From Myxococcales bacterium (GTDB taxonomy: Bacteria > Myxococcota_A > Polyangia > Polyangiales > Polyangiaceae), in the NCBI GenBank assembly GCA_043747615.1, contig JAYTOU010000023.1:128001-192000 (forward strand): a DNA stretch of 64,000 nt, in the 5' to 3' direction. The notes under the pieces were generated by a model that was not told where the DNA came from, did not search any database, and saw only the letters and a program-made list of their open reading frames with translations. Positions within the stretch are counted from its first letter, which is position 1. Every line of letters begins with the position of its first letter. Positions 58,366-64,000 of this stretch are shown here, piece after piece. The translations under genes and the position numbers were made by a program.

Positions 58366-59003
58366 GTCGTGAAGGCCGCGTCGTAGGCGGCGACGATGCG
58401 CGCGTGGACTTCGTCGATCGGGGCGAGGGCGTCGATGACGCTGACGCGGTCGTTCGGCAAGTGGCTGGCCAGATCCTTGTAGAATGCAGCTAATTGCCTC
58501 TGCACTTCGTTCTGCTCGTACAGCTGCGCCGCATCTCCTCGCTGCGCGCGCCGCGTCGCCGCCACGTCTGCGGGCACGTCGAGCACGATCGTGAGATCAG
58601 GCCTGCGGGCGTGACGGTTGAGCGTTCGAATCCACTCTACGGCCCCGGCGCCCGCCGTACCGCTCGTGACGCTCTGGTAGGCGAGGCTCGACGCGTCGTA
58701 GCGGTCGGAGATGATCACGCCTCCGCTGCTCACGAAGGGATCGATCTCGGTCTCCACGTGATCCATGCGATCGGCCGCGAAGAGCAGCGCCATCGTGGCC
58801 CAACCTGGCGCCCGTCCGCCCGGCACTACGATGCGTCCCGTGAGCACCTGCCGGATGAGCGCGCCGATTGGCCCATCGCTTGGCTCGCGCGTCGTGCGCA
58901 CGGGAACGCTCTCTCGCCTGAGACGCGTGGCGAGCCGCTGCGTCTGGGTGGTCGTTCCTGCACCATCGATCCCCTCGAGGACCACGAGACGACCGATCGT
59001 CAT
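58362..59003 (-). CDS. tmk: Thymidylate kinase
   Basis: [36 protein letters not shown]. Confidence 0.96.
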   Translation of the reverse strand: MTIGRLVVLEGIDGAGTTTQTQRLATRLRRESVPVRTTREPSDGPIGALIRQVLTGRIVVPGGRAPGWATMALLFAADRMDHVETEIDPFVSSGGVIISDRYDASSLAYQSVTSGTAGAGAVEWIRTLNRHARRPDLTIVLDVPADVAATRRAQRGDAAQLYEQNEVQRQLAAFYKDLASHLPNDRVSVIDALAPIDEVHARIVAAYDAAFTT

Positions 59004-59887
59004 GTTGCTCCTTCTCGCGGCACGTCACTCGTACCGAGCACTGCATTGTCGATGAGGCGAGTCGCTCCGACGTAGCAGGCGATCGCCACGAGGGCGCGAT
59101 CACCCACCGTAGCTCCCTCCACGCCGGGAACGAGCGTTTCGGGATCAACGACCTCGACGTAATCGATCTTGTCGGCCGTGGAAATGACCTCGGCGCGCGC
59201 CAGGCTGCGGAGGGCTCCGGCGTCGCGCTCCCCCGCGTCGAAGGCCGCCGCCGCTTTGATGAGCGCCCTCGAAAGTCCGCGCGCGCGCAGTCGCTGCTCC
59301 GCCGAGAGGTAGGCATTGCGCGAGCTCATGGCCACGCCGTCTGCCTCTCGCACGATCGAGTGGCCCACGATTTCGACCGGGAAAAATAGGTCTTTTGCCA
59401 TTCGCTCGAGGATCTTGAGCTGCTGGTAATCTTTTTTTCCGAAGACGGCGACCGAGCTGCCTACCAGAGCAAAGAGCTTGGCCACCACCGTGGTCACTCC
59501 GGCGAAATGTCCGGGACGAAACCGCCCGCAAAGCGGCTCAGCGAGCGCGCCGACGTGGACCCGTGTCTCTTCTCCCGCGGGGTACATCGCACGCGCGTCG
59601 GGGGCGAAAACGGCGTCCGCGCCGGCGCTGGCGAGCTTGGCGACGTCTCCATCGAGGTCCCGCGGGTAACGAGAAAAATCTTCGTTCGGGCCGAACTGGG
59701 TCGGATTGACGAAAATCGACGCCGTGACGAAGTCGCATTTCTCGCGGGCAAGCGCGACCAGCGCAAGGTGCCCGTCGTGGAGAGCGCCCATGGTCGGAAC
59801 GAACCCCACGCGCTGCCCGGCCGAGCGCGCTTCGTCGCACGCGGCCCGGAACTCGTCGGGAGATCGCAGAACTCGCGGTTGTTTCAT
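59000..59887 (-). CDS. panC: Pantoate-beta-alanine ligase
   Basis: [53 protein letters not shown]; start ATG 59887. Confidence 0.97.
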   Translation of the reverse strand: MKQPRVLRSPDEFRAACDEARSAGQRVGFVPTMGALHDGHLALVALAREKCDFVTASIFVNPTQFGPNEDFSRYPRDLDGDVAKLASAGADAVFAPDARAMYPAGEETRVHVGALAEPLCGRFRPGHFAGVTTVVAKLFALVGSSVAVFGKKDYQQLKILERMAKDLFFPVEIVGHSIVREADGVAMSSRNAYLSAEQRLRARGLSRALIKAAAAFDAGERDAGALRSLARAEVISTADKIDYVEVVDPETLVPGVEGATVGDRALVAIACYVGATRLIDNAVLGTSDVPREGAT

Positions 59888-59918
59888 TCCGCGCGAATCG
59901 TAGTACCTTTCTGCGCCC

Positions 59919-60383
59919 ATGTCCGTGCTCCACGTTCTTCGTCGCGGCTTCCTGGCATTGCCATTCGCAGCCGTCATCGCTGCGTGCGGTAGCCGTGGAC
60001 CGCTCGACATCGGTCCGCCGAACGACATGGACGCCGGCATCGAAGCCGACATCCCCGAGGCCGGCGTGCCCGACGCGAACCCGCCGCCGCAGGCCGACGC
60101 GGGAAGGGACAGCGGACCCAACCCGGTCAACTGCGGCGTGTGCGTGGTCCAGAACTGCGGGCAGCCCGTCTTGAAGTGCTTGCAGGACATGAAGTGCCGC
60201 GCCGTCCTTACCTGCGTCACCCAGACCTGCCTCGCTAGCGGCAAGCTCGACCCGGCCTGTCTGATCAGTTGCGGAAGCGGCGATCCCGCGGCCGCGATCG
60301 AGGCGTTTCAGATCATCCAGTGCCTGACCGGAAAGTGCGGAGGCGACTGCGGCGGGGTTCTTCCCGGGCTTGGCGGCAATTGA
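59919..60383 (+). CDS. Cys-rich lipoprotein
   Basis: Lipobox IAAC, DAG linker, helical Cys-rich C-domain. Confidence 0.78.
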   Translation: MSVLHVLRRGFLALPFAAVIAACGSRGPLDIGPPNDMDAGIEADIPEAGVPDANPPPQADAGRDSGPNPVNCGVCVVQNCGQPVLKCLQDMKCRAVLTCVTQTCLASGKLDPACLISCGSGDPAAAIEAFQIIQCLTGKCGGDCGGVLPGLGGN

Positions 60384-60405
60384 TCCCTCGCCCGACAACG
60401 ACGAA

Positions 60406-61347
60406 ATGATCTCGCCGTCTCGTGGGTTGACGCTGGCGCTGCTCGTATCCGTCGTTTTTTGCTCGGCTCGGAAGGCTGCGGCCGATCCAACGGCGAAGGA
60501 GCTGGCCATGGCGCGCGAAGCCTTCGCCAGAGCCGAGAAGGAAGAGGACCGCGAGAATTGGGCGGTCGCTCTCGAGGACCTCCGACGCGTCGCAGGCGTG
60601 AAAATGACGGCCGGTGTGCGCTTCCACATCGCGCACTGCGAAGCGGGCCTCGGTCGCGACATTGCTGCGCTCGAGGACTACACGGCCGCCGAGAAGCTTG
60701 GGCGCGAGGAGCACAACAAGGACGTCGTTGACGCCACTGCCGAAGCGATCGCCGCTCTGCGCGCAAAAATTCCGACGGTCAGCATCCGCGTTCCCAGCGA
60801 CGTCACCGACGTGGAAATCATGCTCGACGGGAAGCTCCTGCCGAGCGCGCTGTGGGCAACGTCGATCCCACTCGAGCCTGGCACGCACCGCATTGATGCG
60901 CGCGCTCCCGGGCGCACGCCGTACACGACGTCACTCGTCGTCAAAGATCGCGAAGCCAGCACGCTCGAGGTGAGGCTCGTCGCCGCACCACCGGCTCCCG
61001 CCGCGACGCCCGCGTCTACCGTCATCGCGCCACCACGCGAGGAATCGGCTCCGAAACATACCGCCGCGATCGTCGCGACGGGCGGCGCCGTTCTTATGGC
61101 GGGCGCGGGCTTCGGCGCGTTCGTCGTCGCTGGTGGAAAGCAATCCGACGCGCAATCGACGTGCGCGACGAGCGTGACCTGCGCAAGCGCCAAGGGCCCC
61201 GTGCAGCTGTGGGACGGCGTCGCGCTCGGCGCGTGGGCGGGAGCTGCCGTGGTTGGCACGGTCGCGGTCATTCTCTGGCTTCGCCCTTCCTCGGACACGC
61301 GCATCGTGGCGGGGCCGAGCACGCTGCGCTTCGAAGGTACGTTCTAG
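60406..61347 (+). CDS. TPR + PEGA-domain exported protein
   Basis: Signal peptide, TPR helices, LDGK...IPLEPGTHRIDARAPG PEGA motif, C-terminal TM pair and FEGTF tail. Confidence 0.82.
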   Translation: MISPSRGLTLALLVSVVFCSARKAAADPTAKELAMAREAFARAEKEEDRENWAVALEDLRRVAGVKMTAGVRFHIAHCEAGLGRDIAALEDYTAAEKLGREEHNKDVVDATAEAIAALRAKIPTVSIRVPSDVTDVEIMLDGKLLPSALWATSIPLEPGTHRIDARAPGRTPYTTSLVVKDREASTLEVRLVAAPPAPAATPASTVIAPPREESAPKHTAAIVATGGAVLMAGAGFGAFVVAGGKQSDAQSTCATSVTCASAKGPVQLWDGVALGAWAGAAVVGTVAVILWLRPSSDTRIVAGPSTLRFEGTF

Positions 61348-62411
61348 TGCGCCGTTCGCTCGTTGCTGGGTCCGTGATCGCTGGGCTTGGGCTCTTCGCC
61401 GGTTGCGTCGATCTCTTTCACAGCACGGATTTTCCGACGCTCTGCCAGCTCGACGCAAGCGCGCTGGCGTGCGACGCACCCGCGACGCCCCTTCCGACGG
61501 ACTTCTGCAAATGGACTACGAAAGAGGCGGCGGATCGCGCGACCGAAGCATGCACCCGACTCGCCGCGTGCGACTCGCCCGTTGGCAACAACGCCACCGG
61601 CGCGTGCATCGCCAACGCCACGCTCGCCTACGACTGCCTCGCGAACCCGAATTTCCAGGTCAAGGGCGCATCCCACGCGCACTGGGATCGCCTCTGGCAA
61701 GCGAAGACCTGTGAGGACGTCGACCGCGCCATCTTTGGCGGCAAGGCAAGCACGTGCGTCATCATGAAAGACCGTCTCCCGTTTACGACGTGCGACAGAC
61801 TTGCCCGCGTCGACTGCCAGGTAACGGATCACCGACTCTTCGGGGAGAGCTGCGCGGCATCTGGCCGAGCGTGCGACCAAGTGGATGGCGGCGGTAGCGT
61901 AGATTGCACGGGCACCGACGGCCACCAGTGCATCGACACGCGCTGTGATGCGACCCGCATTCATGTCTGCTCGGAGGCCGGCGTCGACAACGGGTTCGAC
62001 TGCACGTCCTTCGGTGCCGGAACGTGCGCGTACTCGGACGATGCGGGGCCGGCCTGCGTTCCCAGTGGAACCACGACCGCGTGCACGGCGAGCGGCGCGG
62101 TCACCTGCGATGGGAACGTCGCCGTCGGGTGTCCCACCGGAACGGAGGTCCGCGTCGACTGCGCCGCGCTCACCGGAAGATGTGCTCCGACCAAAGGCGG
62201 AAAGGCCTACGACGTCTCTCGAGCGTGCACCATCGCCCGGGTGAACGATGCCGGCGGATGCAGCGACGATGTCTGCAGTGGCACGCAGCTCATTGCTTGC
62301 GTACGCGGCGCGCAATCGACGCCAATTGATTGCCAAGCGCTGAAGCTCGGTGCCTGCCGTACGTTCACCACCGCCGACGGCGACCGCGCCGCCTGCGCAG
62401 CGCCACCGTAG
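61347..62411 (+). CDS. Cys-rich lipoprotein
   Basis: GTG overlapping the upstream TAG; lipobox FAGC; repeated C..G....C......DC units. Confidence 0.8.
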   Translation: MRRSLVAGSVIAGLGLFAGCVDLFHSTDFPTLCQLDASALACDAPATPLPTDFCKWTTKEAADRATEACTRLAACDSPVGNNATGACIANATLAYDCLANPNFQVKGASHAHWDRLWQAKTCEDVDRAIFGGKASTCVIMKDRLPFTTCDRLARVDCQVTDHRLFGESCAASGRACDQVDGGGSVDCTGTDGHQCIDTRCDATRIHVCSEAGVDNGFDCTSFGAGTCAYSDDAGPACVPSGTTTACTASGAVTCDGNVAVGCPTGTEVRVDCAALTGRCAPTKGGKAYDVSRACTIARVNDAGGCSDDVCSGTQLIACVRGAQSTPIDCQALKLGACRTFTTADGDRAACAAPP

Positions 62412-62417
62412 ACGTTC

Positions 62418-63392
62418 TTACTTGAGGGACGATTCGAGCTGGGCCTTCGCGAGCGCGTCGGCGGCGGCGGCGGACGCCATGTCATCGTTGGCGGCGGCTT
62501 TGGGCTTCGCGGCCGGCTTGGGCGCGGGGGGCGCGGCAGCGACGACAGGCTTGGGAGCGGGGGCGATCGCAGCGACGGTCTTCTCGGCGGCCGGAGCAGT
62601 GACCTTGGGAGCGATCGGCTTGACCGCCGCGACCGGCGCGGGCTTGGCGATCACCTTGGTGTCGGCGACGGGGGCGACGACGACCGTCGGGATAACGTCG
62701 CTCGTGTCCATCACCGAGGGGGCCTGCGCGCCGTTCGCCGGCGTGGTCGCTGCCGCCGTCGGCTGGAAGGGCTGAAGCGCATGAGCTGCGGTGATCTGTG
62801 CGGCCTGACCGGGATCAACGAACGCTGCTCCGGCCGCGACGATGGAGTCGCCGTCGCCACGCGCGACGACTGCCGTGAGGAGGCCACCGAAGAGGCCCAT
62901 GGCCACGAGCGCCATGGCCCACGAAGCCGTCGGACGGCCTTTGATTACGATGCCTGCCGTCACCGTGGACGCGGGGGGATCAACGCGAGGATCGCTGTCG
63001 GTGTCGCGAACGGCTTTCTCTGCGGCGCGTGCTGCGCGGACGGCTTTGATCTGCGCTTTGACGCGCTCGGCATCGTTGACCGATGCAGCGACGGGGAGGC
63101 CGGCTGCGGGGGCCGCGAGCGGACGGTACGTGGTCACCTCGGTCGAGGGACGAAAGCTGACATTCGGTCGCACGGACTTGGCGGGCTTGGACGACGGGGG
63201 GGGCGGCATCTCGCTCGCCAGCCGCGAAGGCATCATGCGCGTCACGGAGTCGGCCGACTCACCCTCGACTTCGCTCACCGGCTCGGGACGCTCGGAGCGC
63301 AGCGCGGGGCGCATCGAGCCCTTGACCACGGTCGTCACGGCGTCTTCGAGATTCGCGTGCTTTTTCTTGGGGGGGAGCATGTCTCCCATCAT
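62418..63392 (-). CDS. Bitopic membrane protein with Pro/Ala/Lys-rich stalk and C-terminal ALAKAQL helix
   Basis: Disordered N-region, TM (WAMALVAMGLFGGLLTAVV), VDPG, PAK-rich stalk. Confidence 0.75.
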   Translation of the reverse strand: MMGDMLPPKKKHANLEDAVTTVVKGSMRPALRSERPEPVSEVEGESADSVTRMMPSRLASEMPPPPSSKPAKSVRPNVSFRPSTEVTTYRPLAAPAAGLPVAASVNDAERVKAQIKAVRAARAAEKAVRDTDSDPRVDPPASTVTAGIVIKGRPTASWAMALVAMGLFGGLLTAVVARGDGDSIVAAGAAFVDPGQAAQITAAHALQPFQPTAAATTPANGAQAPSVMDTSDVIPTVVVAPVADTKVIAKPAPVAAVKPIAPKVTAPAAEKTVAAIAPAPKPVVAAAPPAPKPAAKPKAAANDDMASAAAADALAKAQLESSLK

Positions 63393-63592
63393 TGCATTGG
63401 GCGCGCCAAAGTCCCAGTCGCGGTCGCGCTCGATAGCCACGGCGGAAAGGGCTCGATTTTCCCGACGCTCGCCGGATCAACCCGCCCAAGAATCCCTAAA
63501 CCTCGCCAAAACTGGGGGTTACGAGATCCAGTGACCCGTTTTCCGGGTCCATGGGTTTTTGTGAGAGATGTAGGTCTCGCGGTTTCGGGATC

Positions 63593-64000
63593 TCAGAGGG
63601 ACTGCGCGAGCTGGGCTTGGGCGAGGGCGTTGGCGGCTTCTGCATCGAGGTCGCCCTTTACGGCAGGCTTCTTCGAGGCTTTGGGCGTAGCTGCAGCAAC
63701 GGCAACGACTGGCTTCTCGGCCTTCGGCGCCGCAGGAGCAACGGCAGGCTTCGCCGGGGGCGGAGCGACCTTGGCAACTTCCCTCTTCGCAGAGGGCGCT
63801 GAGAACGCGACCGGCGCGGTGCGGGGCTTGGGCGCGATGACGGGAATGTCGGCGAGCAAAATAGCGGGAGGAATCACGGCCGACGTTGCGGGGAGGACGA
63901 CGGGCGCGACCGCGGGGGACACGAGGGTCATCGGCGCCATCGGAGCTTGAATGGCTGCGGCGAGCTGGGTGGGGGCCTGGGTGGAGTGGCCCGGATCGAC
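63593..64000 (-). CDS. Paralogue of the preceding protein (5' end outside the window)
   Basis: Frame open to the window edge: VDPGHSTQ...PAK-rich...ANALAQAQLAQSL. Confidence 0.75.
   Translation of the reverse strand, partial: VDPGHSTQAPTQLAAAIQAPMAPMTLVSPAVAPVVLPATSAVIPPAILLADIPVIAPKPRTAPVAFSAPSAKREVAKVAPPPAKPAVAPAAPKAEKPVVAVAAATPKASKKPAVKGDLDAEAANALAQAQLAQSL

Overview
High-GC, gene-dense chromosomal segment of about 64 CDS. The gene repertoire points to a myxobacterium (Myxococcota, probably Polyangiales); this is inferred from the many Hanks-type Ser/Thr kinases, Cys-rich lipoproteins, a PEGA/TPR protein, a secreted ferritin-like protein and esg-like E1 genes. I saw no rRNA, tRNA, CRISPR array, transposase or prophage. 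Core genes: addA/addB, ku, ligD, folA, thyA, tmk, panC, bolA, obgE, pspA, lpdA, two 2-oxoacid dehydrogenase E1-alpha genes and one E1-beta, hppA, a Ski2-like helicase, a Gre-family factor, an Omp85 protein, Dpp-type permeases and a ferredoxin. Most notable observations: (1) an Sfp-type phosphopantetheinyl transferase abutting a close homologue of the mycobacterial Ppt hydrolase PptH, i.e. a candidate writer/eraser pair; (2) a co-oriented ku-lipoprotein-kinase-lipoprotein-addB-addA run divergent from a ligD whose phosphoesterase domain is reduced to a stub; (3) a lipoprotein made of five tandem conotoxin-like knottin units, divergent from a pseudokinase that the ORF track missed; (4) an orphan FlhB/SctU coupled to obgE; (5) a long hairpin upstream of a divergent-type hppA; (6) a pervasive D-[AGS]-[GAS] motif in exported proteins. 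All family assignments come from motif recognition by eye, with no database searches, and several start codons were re-chosen by hand.
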